Assembly: GCA_050248855.1 (NCBI GenBank)
Contig: JBFWRP010000011.1
Location: 77,259 to 141,258 of the forward strand
DNA: 64,000 nt
Direction of reading: 5' to 3'
From: Planctomycetota bacterium
GTDB taxonomy: Bacteria > Planctomycetota > PLA2 > JAEUHO01
Within the stretch, counting starts at the first letter, position 1. Each line of letters starts with the position of its first letter. Position numbers and translations under genes: made by a program. This document shows positions 54,861-64,000 of this stretch, in pieces. The notes beneath the pieces were generated by a model. That model had not been told where the DNA came from, searched no databases, and saw nothing but the letters and a program-made list of their open reading frames with translations.

Positions 54861-57095
54861 TCAGCGCGGCGGCCACGCGCCGGTGAGCCAGCGGCTCCAG
54901 GCGCCGTCGAGATCACGGCCGAGGGACACGTTGAAGGCGCCCGGCCCGCTCTGCGGGCGCAGGTTCCAGGTGCGGCCATCACCGGCCTTCCCGGAGGCGG
55001 TGGGCTCCCCGTCGCCCGCGCGCTCCAGGTAGCGGTCGGCACCGCCCAGGTCGAGGAACAGGCCGATCTGCCCGATGTGGAAGGCGAACGGCGCCGTCCG
55101 ATGCGGGGTCGCGTACGTCGGACGCTCGTCGACGTCGCCCAGGAGCTTGCCCTTGGCGTCCACGATGTAGACGTCGTCGCCGCCCTCGTCGAGGAAGAAG
55201 GCGTTGCTGCGCACCTCCCCGACGCCCAGTGAGATCTTGCTCGCCTCGTAGCGGTCGTTGCCGGCGCCACGGTCGATCAGGAACGCGTTGACCACGTCCC
55301 AGCCAAACCCCAAGCCGGCCCCACTGGTCTCCCGCAGCGTGTGGACGTCGTTGCCGCCCTCGTCGATCAGCGCGCCGATCGCGAAGTGCGCGCCCGAGCC
55401 CTGCGTGAAGTACACGCTCTCGAAGCGGTCATCGCCCCCGCCGTCCCACAGCACGCCGGTGCCGTACCAGTAGCCGAGTCCCTGGCTGAAGTTGCCGGCC
55501 TCGTAGACGTCGTTGCCGTCGACGTCGAGCAGGGCGCCGAGCCCACCGGCCCACGAGTGCCCATCGCTGCCGTCGCCGCGGCGTCCGCTGCCTACGCCTT
55601 GCGCATTGCTGACCGCGATCTTGCCGTCGCTGTGGTAGTCAGCCCGCCCGGCGATCTCCACACGGGGCTCGCTGCGGTAGTGATCGTTGCCCTGGCGGTC
55701 GGCAAGCACGCCGATCCCTCCGGGGCCGCCGAAGCCTTGGCCGTCGCCCTCGACCAGGTGGTAGCGATCGTCGCCCGTCGCGTCGAGCAGGAGGCCCGAG
55801 CCGAAGAACGCCGCTCCTTGTGCCATGGATCGTGCGTCGTAGGACGTGCTCCCCTCCTCCGCGACGAAGGCGCCGAACCCGAACAGCGCGGCGCCGAGCC
55901 CCCACCGGTTGGCGCGGACGCTGGCGCCGTCGCGCGCCTTCACGGCGTAGACGGCCCCGCAGCCGAGCACGCCGCTGCCGAGCCCACCGTGCGGCACGCG
56001 CCCCGCGGCGCTGCCGTCGAGGTCGCCGTGCTCGAACAGCAGCGCGACCGACAGAGGTCGCTCCGGCGTGGTGGTGCCGAGCGGCACGCTCGTGGCCCCA
56101 CGCTGCGCCCCCACCTGCACGTAGCAGAAGGGCGGTGACTCGGCCGTCACGTCGGCGTCGGTGCCGCTCCGCAGCCAGATGTCGCCCCACGGCGTGCTCT
56201 CCCGCACGTCGAAGGCAGGCGCGTCCGCCATCGTCGCGGCCGCCAGGGCGCGGCGTGCATCCTGCAACGCCTGCATGGCCTTCACGGCCCCATAGTGCAG
56301 CGAGTACTCGTCGAGGCGACCGGCCACGTCGTCGAGCACGGCGTCGTAGCCGAGGCCGTCCGGCGTCTCCTCGGACAGCCCCAGTAGCGTCGCGAACACG
56401 GCGCGACGTGTCTCGGCATCGACGTGGCGCAGCCCCAGGTCGATCCAACGACGTGCGTCGCAGAGGTCGATCAGCAAGCGGGCAAGGGGCGCGCGGAGGG
56501 TCTCGGGCACGGCGGCCAGCTTGGCCGCCAGCGCGGCCCGCGGTTGCCCCGCGCCCTCGGCATACGCCCCACCGAACGCCATCGCGCGCGCGAGTGGGGC
56601 ACCGGAGCGCTCGCGCACCAAGGCGACGGCCGCCGCGAGGGGATCGACGTCGGGCACGTCGGCATCGAGGTTGGCGGAGTAGCCGCGAAACCCGCCGATG
56701 CGTCGCTCGGTGCCGAGCAGCACGGACAGGCGGAAGAGCGCCTCCTTGCGGTCCTTGGCGTCGGGCGCCGCGCGGAGCGCCTCCAGCGCAAGGCCGTCCT
56801 CCGCGGCGTTGCCGAGCGTGCGCACGAACTCGTAGGTGTCCTGGGGACGGGCCAGCAGGTCGGCGAAGAACGGCAGGACGTGCGGCGTGGTGGCGGGGTG
56901 CGGGTAGCGCGGCCAATGCGCCCGGGGCCGGTAGCCGAGCTCGTCGGGGCGAACCCCGAGGTCGGCGAGCGCCGTCAGGAGCGCGTCCGCGCCGGGGACG
57001 TCCTCACCCCCGGCGGTCGGTGCGGCGCCCAGGACGAGGGCCCCAACCAGCAGGGCACCGCGCGTGCATCGCGCCACCGCGTGACGAGCCTTCAT
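54861..57095 (-). CDS. Secreted protein with repeated D-x-x-G-(N/D)-D-x-Y / QGxG motifs
   Basis: Signal peptide; about eight repeats (DATGDD, DRQGND, DVDGND, DGGGDD, DEGGND, DRGAGND, DEGGDD, DLGGAD). Confidence 0.8.
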   Translation of the reverse strand: MKARHAVARCTRGALLVGALVLGAAPTAGGEDVPGADALLTALADLGVRPDELGYRPRAHWPRYPHPATTPHVLPFFADLLARPQDTYEFVRTLGNAAEDGLALEALRAAPDAKDRKEALFRLSVLLGTERRIGGFRGYSANLDADVPDVDPLAAAVALVRERSGAPLARAMAFGGAYAEGAGQPRAALAAKLAAVPETLRAPLARLLIDLCDARRWIDLGLRHVDAETRRAVFATLLGLSEETPDGLGYDAVLDDVAGRLDEYSLHYGAVKAMQALQDARRALAAATMADAPAFDVRESTPWGDIWLRSGTDADVTAESPPFCYVQVGAQRGATSVPLGTTTPERPLSVALLFEHGDLDGSAAGRVPHGGLGSGVLGCGAVYAVKARDGASVRANRWGLGAALFGFGAFVAEEGSTSYDARSMAQGAAFFGSGLLLDATGDDRYHLVEGDGQGFGGPGGIGVLADRQGNDHYRSEPRVEIAGRADYHSDGKIAVSNAQGVGSGRRGDGSDGHSWAGGLGALLDVDGNDVYEAGNFSQGLGYWYGTGVLWDGGGDDRFESVYFTQGSGAHFAIGALIDEGGNDVHTLRETSGAGLGFGWDVVNAFLIDRGAGNDRYEASKISLGVGEVRSNAFFLDEGGDDVYIVDAKGKLLGDVDERPTYATPHRTAPFAFHIGQIGLFLDLGGADRYLERAGDGEPTASGKAGDGRTWNLRPQSGPGAFNVSLGRDLDGAWSRWLTGAWPPR

Positions 57096-57154
57096 GACCG
57101 CCTCCCCGCGCATTCTCTCGGGCGTCACGCCGCGCAGCCCGAAGATGCGGCCCC

Positions 57155-58609
57155 ATGTCCGCGTACGCCACCGTCACCACCGAGGATGTCGAGGCCCTCG
57201 CCCGCATCGTGGGCCAAGACGGGGTGATCACGCAAGGGGACGAGGCCCGCCTGCTGCTCTACGGGCGCGACGAGACCGCCGACTGGCAGTACCGACCCGA
57301 CGTGGCGGTACTGCCGCGCACGACCGCCGAGGTCGCGGCGATCTTGGCGCATGCCTCGGCGCGTCGCCTGCCCGTCACCCCACGCGGCGCCGGCACGGGG
57401 CTCTCCGGCGGCGCGTTGCCCGTCTTCGGCGGCATCGTGCTGGGCCTGGAGCGGATGGCGGCAATCCTCGAGATCGACGTCGCCAACCGCATGGTGCGCG
57501 TGCAGCCCGGCGTCATCAACCAGGTGCTCCAGGAGGCCGTGGGCCGGCACGGCCTCTACTACGCGCCGGACCCCGCCTCGTGGGGCAGCTGCCAGATCGG
57601 CGGCAACCTCGCCGAGAACGCCGGCGGTCCTCACGCCGTGAAGTACGGCGTGACGAAGGACTGGGTGCTCGCGCTCGAGGCGGTCCTGCCCTCCGGCGAG
57701 GTCATGCGCACGGGCGGCAAGCTGCGCAAGGACGTGGCCGGCTACAACCTGACGCAGCTGCTCGTGGGCAGCGAGGGCACCCTCGCCATCATCACCGAGG
57801 CCACGCTACGGCTCATCCCGCGTCCGACGGCGCGACGCACGCTGGTGGCGCCGTTCGCCGATCTGGACACCGCGGCCCGCGCCATGGTCGCGGTCTACGG
57901 ATCGAGGGTCATGCCGTCCACGTTGGAGGTCGTCGAACGCGCGGCCCTCGACGCTGCCGCCGAGCACCTGGGACGCCCCGTCCCGCACCAGGACGCGGAG
58001 GGCTGGCTGCTGCTCGAAGTCGATGGCTACGACGACGCCACGGTCGAGAGCGAGCTCACGCGTGCGGGCGAGGTGCTGCTCGAGGCCGACGCCCTGGACG
58101 TGCTGGTCGCCAACACGCCGGCCAAGGAGCGCGAGCTGTGGGCCGTGCGCCGCTGCCTGGGCGAGGCCGTGAAGAAGCAGGCGGCCTACATCGAGTGTGA
58201 CACCGCGGTCCCGCCGGACCAGGTGCCCGCGCTCTTCCGCGGAGTCCGCGAGATCGCGGCCCGCCACGGTGTCCGGCAGATCTCCTACGGCCACGCCGGG
58301 GACGGCAACATCCACGTCAACGTGCTGACCGACGACACCGACCCTGCAGGACGCGAGCGGCGCCTCGGGCCCGCCGTGAACGAGATCTTCGACCTCGCCG
58401 TCTCGCTGGGCGGCACGATCACGGGCGAGCATGGCGTGGGCTGCGTGCAGAGCCGCTACCTGGCCAAGTGCCGCGATCCCGTGGCCCTCGGCGCCATGCG
58501 CGCGATCAAGCAGGCCTTCGACCCGCTGGGCATCCTCAACCCGGGCAAGGTCCTGCCCGGCGACGTACCGCCGCCCGTGGGCAGCACGCGTCGCGGTGCG
58601 CGCGCGTGA
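57155..58609 (+). CDS. FAD-linked 2-hydroxyacid oxidoreductase (GlcD / D-lactate dehydrogenase family)
   Basis: PRGAGTGLSGG, PDPAS, IGGNLAENAGG, KYGVT, GSEGTL, GHAGDGNIH, TGEHGVG, LNPGK. Confidence 0.93.
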   Translation: MSAYATVTTEDVEALARIVGQDGVITQGDEARLLLYGRDETADWQYRPDVAVLPRTTAEVAAILAHASARRLPVTPRGAGTGLSGGALPVFGGIVLGLERMAAILEIDVANRMVRVQPGVINQVLQEAVGRHGLYYAPDPASWGSCQIGGNLAENAGGPHAVKYGVTKDWVLALEAVLPSGEVMRTGGKLRKDVAGYNLTQLLVGSEGTLAIITEATLRLIPRPTARRTLVAPFADLDTAARAMVAVYGSRVMPSTLEVVERAALDAAAEHLGRPVPHQDAEGWLLLEVDGYDDATVESELTRAGEVLLEADALDVLVANTPAKERELWAVRRCLGEAVKKQAAYIECDTAVPPDQVPALFRGVREIAARHGVRQISYGHAGDGNIHVNVLTDDTDPAGRERRLGPAVNEIFDLAVSLGGTITGEHGVGCVQSRYLAKCRDPVALGAMRAIKQAFDPLGILNPGKVLPGDVPPPVGSTRRGARA

Positions 58610-59445
58610 TCCCCGACCTGCCGGCCGTCTACGTCGAGCACCTGGTGCGCCCGCGCGGCATCGGCGACCTCGACCGCCCCGAGGCCGCGGGCGAGATCGG
58701 AAGCATGGTCGGCGGCTTGGGCGTGCGCTTCACGCTGGCCTACGCGAGCGACGGAGGCGAGGGGTCGCTCGTGGCCGACGTGCGAGGACGCCCGTTCGGC
58801 TCGCCGGCGCTCGTCGCCCCGATCTCGTGGCTGTGCACGCAGGTCGAAGGCGGCACGTGGGAAGACGCCGGACGCCATGGACCCGATGACGTCGTCGCGG
58901 GCCTGAAGGGTGGTGATGCCGACGGGTGGCTGCCCCCGTCGGTGGTACGCGCCAGCGAGTTCGCGGCACGCGCGCTGCGCCGGGCGCTGGGCATCGGCCA
59001 GCGCGGACCCGCCGACTGCCGCGGCCCGGGCATCTTGGTGTGCCGCTGCATCGGTGTGGGCGACCGCACGATTCGCGACGCGATCCGCGCGGGAGCAGAG
59101 GACCCGGAGTCGATCGGCGACGCGACCGGCGCGTGCACGGGCTGCCGATCGTGCCGACCGGACGTGCTGGCCATCGTCGACGAGGAGCTGCGCCCCTGGC
59201 CCGCAGCCCCCGGCCCCGACCGCCACCCGATCGAGCGCATTGCGCTGGTGCACGGGCGTCGGGTGCTGCGCGCCCTGGGCATGGCCCTGCTCGACGCCCG
59301 CTTCGAGGGCGACACGGTGCACATCCGCCTGGGCGAGCCCGAGGCCCGCGCCACCGTGCGCGTGCCCGGAGCCGTGGCGCTCGTTCGCCATGCGCTGCGC
59401 GAGACGGTGTGCGACGACATTCGCGTGGTGCCCGCCGAGGCCTGA
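58606..59445 (+). CDS. NifU-architecture protein: Cys-less IscU-like domain, intact BFD-like [2Fe-2S] domain, Cys-less Nfu-like domain
   Basis: EHLVRPRGIG...GEIGS...FG...LPP...ALRRAL, then VCRCIGV...TGACTGCRSC; GTG overlaps the upstream TGA. Confidence 0.8.
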   Translation: MIPDLPAVYVEHLVRPRGIGDLDRPEAAGEIGSMVGGLGVRFTLAYASDGGEGSLVADVRGRPFGSPALVAPISWLCTQVEGGTWEDAGRHGPDDVVAGLKGGDADGWLPPSVVRASEFAARALRRALGIGQRGPADCRGPGILVCRCIGVGDRTIRDAIRAGAEDPESIGDATGACTGCRSCRPDVLAIVDEELRPWPAAPGPDRHPIERIALVHGRRVLRALGMALLDARFEGDTVHIRLGEPEARATVRVPGAVALVRHALRETVCDDIRVVPAEA

Positions 59446-59639
59446 CTTCAGGGCTTTCGCCCCCGCACGGGCCTCGCCGACGCGCAGCGCCTCACGCCGG
59501 GGGAGGTTCCGGCCGATCCGTCACCCTCGTAGGGAAGTCCGGGCGGGTCTCCAGTGGGAGGGAGGGCCCGTCGGGACGGACGGGGGCCCTCCGACGCGAG
59601 GGCCCCCGCCCCCCTCGGCCGAAGGGGCAGGGAGAGGCG

Positions 59640-60074
59640 ATGCGGACCGTCACGCGGACGATCTTCACCATCGACGAGGCGAACCAGATGCTGCCGCTCG
59701 TGGCGAGCATCGTTCAGGACCTGGTCACGGAGTTCCGGGTCCTGAGGGCCGCCGGGCGCGAGCGCCGCGCCCTTGAAGTCGAGCGCAGCGACCCGGCCGG
59801 CGAGGACCCGCGCATCGCGCAGCTTCGCGACGACGTTGCCGACCTCTCCTCGCGCATCGAGGGGTATCTGCAGGAGCTGGCCGACCTTGGCGTCGAGGTC
59901 CGCGACCTCGAGCTGGGCTTGGTGGACTTCCCGACGCTGATCGATGGGGAGCCTGCCTACCTCTCGTGGCGTCAAGGCGAGGAGCGCGTCTGCTGGTGGC
60001 ATCCCGCCGACCGCGGGTTCAGCGACCGCACGCCCGTCCCCGTGCCCGGCGGCCGCTCGCCCCTCTCCGCCTGA
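59640..60074 (+). CDS. DUF2203 family protein
   Basis: FTIDEANQMLPLV, LGVEVRDLELGLVDFP, YLSWRQGE, WWH...GFSDR. Confidence 0.9.
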   Translation: MRTVTRTIFTIDEANQMLPLVASIVQDLVTEFRVLRAAGRERRALEVERSDPAGEDPRIAQLRDDVADLSSRIEGYLQELADLGVEVRDLELGLVDFPTLIDGEPAYLSWRQGEERVCWWHPADRGFSDRTPVPVPGGRSPLSA

Positions 60075-60118
60075 CCCCACGCGCACGAGGTGCGCGTCCG
60101 CCTCCGTATGCTGTGCGC

Positions 60119-60532
60119 ATGAACACGATCTTCACACGCATCGTCACGGGCGAGATCCCCGCGGACAAGGTCCTCGAGGACGACGACCACCTCGCGTTCC
60201 TGGACATCGTGCCGATCCAGCCGGGCCACGTGCTGTGCATTCCCAAGCGCGAGGTGGGCTACCTGTTCGACATGACGCCAGAGGCCCAGGCGGCGCTGTG
60301 GAGCTTCGTGCGCCGCGTCGAGGTCGGCGTGCGCCAGGCCACCGGCTGCAAGCGCGTGGTCGTGATGGTCGTGGGCTGGGAAGTCCCCCACGTCCACGTG
60401 CACTTGATCCCCACCAACGGCATCAGCGACTTCCCCGTGCCGCCCAAGATGTCGATTCCCGCCCCCGAGCGCGCCGCCATGGCCGCCCGGATGCGCGAGG
60501 CGCTCGGCGCGGTCGGCAGCGGAGGCGGGTAG
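60119..60532 (+). CDS. HIT family hydrolase
   Basis: TIFTRIVTGEIP, AFLDIVP, GHVLCIPK, EVPHVHVHLIP. Confidence 0.95.
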   Translation: MNTIFTRIVTGEIPADKVLEDDDHLAFLDIVPIQPGHVLCIPKREVGYLFDMTPEAQAALWSFVRRVEVGVRQATGCKRVVVMVVGWEVPHVHVHLIPTNGISDFPVPPKMSIPAPERAAMAARMREALGAVGSGGG

Positions 60533-60539
60533 ACAGCGA

Positions 60540-60625
60540 AGGCGGGTAAAGCTGTTGCATCTGCGACGTGAGGCGCAACGCAGCCAAGTGCGCTCGCTAC
60601 GCGGGTGCAACAGCTTTTCCCGCCT
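60540..60625. repeat. 22-bp imperfect inverted repeat with a 42-nt loop between convergent genes
   Basis: AGGCGGGTAAAGCTGTTGCATC ... GGTGCAACAGCTTTTCCCGCCT, two mismatches. Confidence 0.75.
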
Positions 60626-60851
60626 CCGTACCGCCTTGATACCGTTCTGCATGCCGGTCCTCCAGTGGGCCACTCGAGCCCGTTTTCTGTCTGCAGCTGG
60701 GTGTACCCAGACTGCGCGACAGGAGGGCCGGCCTTCTCATCCCATCTCCGTACCTACCTGGCCGGCGAACCGCGACCCCTGCGTGTCAGGCACCTTGCCC
60801 ACGTTGCCGCTACGCGGCGCCGCGGCAAGGGTCCTGACACGGCCGGGTTCG

Positions 60852-61433
60852 CTACGGCCGCCCGAGGAAGTGCATCAGCTCTTGGCGCGTCTTGATGTCG
60901 CTGCGGAAGCGCCCCAGCATGCACGACGTGATGGTCGCGCTGTTCTGCTTGCTGACGCCACGCATCATCATGCAGAGGTGCTGGGCCTCGATGACCACGC
61001 CTACCCCGCGGGGCTTGAGCGCCCGCTGGATGGCCTCGGCGATCTGGGTCGTCAACCGCTCCTGTACTTGCAGGCGGCGGGCAAACACGTCGACGACCCG
61101 GGCCAGCTTGCTGAGGCCCACGATGTGCTTGTCCGGGAGGTAGGCCACGTGGGCACGCCCGAAGAAGGGCAACATGTGGTGCTCGCAGAGGCTGTAGAGC
61201 TCGATGTCCTTGACGAGCACGATCTCGTCCGTGTCGCTCTCGAACAGGGCCGCACGCAAGACCTGGTCGGCGTCCTGCCCGTAGCCGTCAGTCAGCGTCT
61301 GGAGGCTCTTGGCCACGCGCAGCGGCGTACGGAGCAACCCCTCCCGCGTGGGGTCCTCCCCCAGGGCGGTGAGGAGGCCCCGGACGTGGTCCAGCATCTC
61401 GGGCGGAGGGGCGTCGGGCGAGGTCGGCTCCAT
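60852..61433 (-). CDS. folE: GTP cyclohydrolase I
   Basis: [55 protein letters not shown]. Confidence 0.98.
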   Translation of the reverse strand: MEPTSPDAPPPEMLDHVRGLLTALGEDPTREGLLRTPLRVAKSLQTLTDGYGQDADQVLRAALFESDTDEIVLVKDIELYSLCEHHMLPFFGRAHVAYLPDKHIVGLSKLARVVDVFARRLQVQERLTTQIAEAIQRALKPRGVGVVIEAQHLCMMMRGVSKQNSATITSCMLGRFRSDIKTRQELMHFLGRP

Positions 61434-61569
61434 GGCCGCGACCCTACCCGGCCCCCGTCCGCGGCGTGGCGGTTCGCACGGGTCGCCGCGCGCGCTTCGT
61501 CCGAGTAGGCTGCTACCCGGGGCGGGCCACGGCGGCACGGGGTCTCTACAGCGAGGGAGTCTGGTCGCC

Positions 61570-63858
61570 ATGGGATGGACCCGAGCGAACGTACGCTCCA
61601 CGTCCGCGGACCGTCCCTCGGCGGTCCTCGGCGCGACGGGCGGCGACCTCCCCGCCGAGCCGGGCGACCTCGCGATCGGCAGCCACCTGGGGCGCTACCG
61701 CATCGACGCGCCCGTCGGTCGCGGCGGCATGGGCGTCGTGTACCGCGCCTTCGACGCGACGACCAACCGCCACGTCGCCCTGAAGGTCCTGGCCGAGGGG
61801 CTGGGCGACACGCTGCGCGACCGCTTCCTCAAGGAATGCGAGGCCGAAGCGCGCATCCGCCACGAGCACGTCATGCCCGTCTACGACCAGGGGTGGGCGA
61901 CGGACACGCGTCCGTACTTCACGATGGAGCTCCTGTACGAGCCCGTGACGCTGGACCAGATCGTGGACCTGGCGCGTCGCGGCAAGCTCGGCTCGACCTG
62001 GCCGCGTATCCGCCGTTGGGCCCATCTCCCCGCGTTGGTCGAGGACGTCCTGCTCCCGGTCGTCGAGGGCATCGCCGTCGCCAACGTCGACGAACGCATC
62101 CAGCACCGCGACCTCAAGCCGGAGAACGTGCTCGTCGACTTGCGGACGCGACGCGCGTACGTGATCGACTTCGGCATCTGCCGCTCGCTCGACGAGCCCA
62201 ACCCGGAGGAGGGCAAGGTCCTCGGGACGCCGCGCTTCCTGTCGCCGGAGCAGGCCCAGGGCACCAGCGACCCGCGCACGGACGTCTGGGGTCTCGGGTG
62301 CTTGCTGCGCTACGCGATCACGGGCGAGCCCCCGCTCGAGGCCAGCAGCCCCTACCAGCGCCGGGAGCTCGCCGCGCGCATCGAGGCCCTGAAGGAAGCC
62401 GAGGCCAAGGCGAGAGCCGCGGGCGAGGCGGCGAAGGCCAAAGGCTACGCCCAGCGCCGCGAGCAGCTCGAGGCGCCCGACGTCCGCACCACGGACGACC
62501 TCATCCTGGACGCGCGTGCGGGGCGCTACCCGCCGCTGCCGGCCAACGTGAGCCCGGCCTACCTGGCCATCGTGAAGAAGGCCATGGCCGTGGACCCGGG
62601 GCGCCGCTACGCCGACGCCCGCGAGCTGGCGGCGGACCTCAAGGCCTGGGTCGAAGGTGGTCGCGTCCAGGCCCACCGCGAGATGGGTGGCCGTGGCGCC
62701 GCGCTCGACACCGCCGTGCGCTGGGCGCGGCGGCACCGCGCGGCCCTCGTCGCCGGCGCGGCCGGCGTGCTCATGGGCTTGGCGGCCGGCGCGGCCGTGG
62801 CGCGCCAGGCCCCGCCGCCGGTGGACACGCGCGTGGCTGACGCCAAGGCCGAGCTGGCTGCGCTTGCCGAGAGGGCGTCCGCCCCCCTGCCCGCCGCGGC
62901 CCCCGGCTTCGAGCATGCGCGAAGCGCGCTGCTGCGGGACGACGTGGCGCTGCGCAGGGAGCGTCTCGGCAGTGCAAGCGATCCCGCGGTCGATGCATTG
63001 GCGGCGGCGCTCGCTCCGGTCACCGTGCGTCTCGAGGGGCTCTCCCCCGCTCCACCCCGTGACTTGGTCTCCGGCGAGGCACCGCCCCTCGAGGCGCGTG
63101 ACGGCGGCTTGCCGCTGCCGCGCGGCTGGTGGGCCCTGCGGTCGCCACCGCTCCTCGATGCGCCCTTGCGCCTCACGACCGATGTCGAGCTCGCGTTCCC
63201 CACGCTCCCCGAGCGACTGGCCGAGCGCATGCACTGGGTCGTGGTCGACGGCACGCCCGTGCTCGTGGCCGAGCGCCCCATCACCTACGGACGCTACGAG
63301 GAGTGGCTCTCGTATGCGTTCCAGCCCGGCGAACGGGAGGAACATCTCCCCGCGTCGGGCTTCGAGCGCGAGCCCGGCAGCGCGACGAGCTGGATCGCCC
63401 GCGCCGAGCTGCGCGACGAACCCGTCGTGGGCATCCGTCCGGAGGATGCCCTCGCCTACGCCGCATGGCGAAGCGAGGTCGATGGACTGCGCTTGGACCT
63501 GCCGACGGCCGCCGAGTGGGAGGCCATGGCCGGTCGCGCGCTGCTCGCCATGCCCGGCAGCGACCTGGCGGTGCCCGGCGTCGGCGCCACGCCCGATGGC
63601 GTGCGGACCGGCCGTGCCGCTCGCTGGCCCAAGTCCGCCCGCGAGGAGGCGCTCCTCGGACCCTACGGCCACGAGGGCCACCTGGGCGGCCCGGCCGAGC
63701 TCGTCCGCGCCGGCGGCGGCCTCGTGCTCAAGGGCGGGCGCGTCGCGCTTCTGGACGAGGCCCTCGCTCGCCAGACCGAGGTCGCGCCCGATGCGGACGG
63801 ACGCGCGACGTTCGTCTTCCGCCTCGTACATCGAGCGGGTGGCGAAGACGGCGACTGA
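61570..63858 (+). CDS. Ser/Thr protein kinase with a TM segment and a C-terminal FGE/SUMF1-like domain
   Basis: [43 protein letters not shown]-terminal PVVGI...DALAYAAW...[10 protein letters not shown]...GPYG...LKGG...FRLV. Confidence 0.9.
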   Translation: MGWTRANVRSTSADRPSAVLGATGGDLPAEPGDLAIGSHLGRYRIDAPVGRGGMGVVYRAFDATTNRHVALKVLAEGLGDTLRDRFLKECEAEARIRHEHVMPVYDQGWATDTRPYFTMELLYEPVTLDQIVDLARRGKLGSTWPRIRRWAHLPALVEDVLLPVVEGIAVANVDERIQHRDLKPENVLVDLRTRRAYVIDFGICRSLDEPNPEEGKVLGTPRFLSPEQAQGTSDPRTDVWGLGCLLRYAITGEPPLEASSPYQRRELAARIEALKEAEAKARAAGEAAKAKGYAQRREQLEAPDVRTTDDLILDARAGRYPPLPANVSPAYLAIVKKAMAVDPGRRYADARELAADLKAWVEGGRVQAHREMGGRGAALDTAVRWARRHRAALVAGAAGVLMGLAAGAAVARQAPPPVDTRVADAKAELAALAERASAPLPAAAPGFEHARSALLRDDVALRRERLGSASDPAVDALAAALAPVTVRLEGLSPAPPRDLVSGEAPPLEARDGGLPLPRGWWALRSPPLLDAPLRLTTDVELAFPTLPERLAERMHWVVVDGTPVLVAERPITYGRYEEWLSYAFQPGEREEHLPASGFEREPGSATSWIARAELRDEPVVGIRPEDALAYAAWRSEVDGLRLDLPTAAEWEAMAGRALLAMPGSDLAVPGVGATPDGVRTGRAARWPKSAREEALLGPYGHEGHLGGPAELVRAGGGLVLKGGRVALLDEALARQTEVAPDADGRATFVFRLVHRAGGEDGD

Positions 63859-63880
63859 CCCGCAACGCGAGGGGACCTAG

Positions 63881-64000
63881 GAGTCTGCGCCACAGAACTG
63901 CGCTCGGGGTTTCTGGCGAAGTTCTCCCTTGGCCTGGGCGAGGTGCGGTCCAAAATTGGGCATGCAACCGTACTTCCGGCCCTACGAGCCCGATCAGCAG
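63881..64000 (+). mobile_element. Probable left end of an IS1182-family insertion sequence (transposase start at 63962, truncated by the window)
   Basis: CTAG followed by GAGTCTG..., a local drop in GC, then ATG 63962 reading MQPYFRPYEPDQQ, which resembles the FRPYxPDQ N-terminus of IS1182 transposases. Only 13 codons are visible. Confidence 0.6.

Overview
A 64-kb, very GC-rich bacterial window, most likely from an uncultured Planctomycetota lineage. This is an inference from the RpoC/RpoB, L33 and EF-Tu sequence style and the many HEAT-repeat proteins and Ser/Thr kinases. The left 17 kb is the conserved tuf-rpmG-tRNA(Trp)-secE-nusG-rplK-rplA-rplJ-rplL-rpoB-rpoC cluster on the minus strand, with two disruptions. 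A gene for a secreted protein of 11 PASTA domains, with its own terminator, sits between rplK and rplA. The canonical tRNA-Thr(UGU)-Tyr-Gly-Thr(GGU)-tuf unit is split by about 12 kb of protein genes. The rest holds housekeeping genes (pyrE, aroC, kdsD-like, PMM, nth, folE, HIT, GlcD-like), HEAT/vWA proteins, two Ser/Thr kinases and six tRNA genes in total. A divergent cbb3-type (C-family) heme-copper oxidase operon lacks ccoP and instead ends in an unusual five-part cytochrome c fusion; this is the best candidate for an undescribed system. Other notable features are three intact but catalytically stripped pseudoenzymes, each translationally coupled to an active enzyme (double-dead PolX-PHP with nth, Cys-less NifU with a GlcD-like oxidoreductase, tandem dead trypsin domains with an HtrA protease), a ComEC-DUF92 fusion, several palindromic or MITE-like intergenic elements, a complex repeat block 3' of tRNA-Lys, and the probable left end of an IS1182 element at the right edge. 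All calls come from motif recognition by eye; no searches were run.
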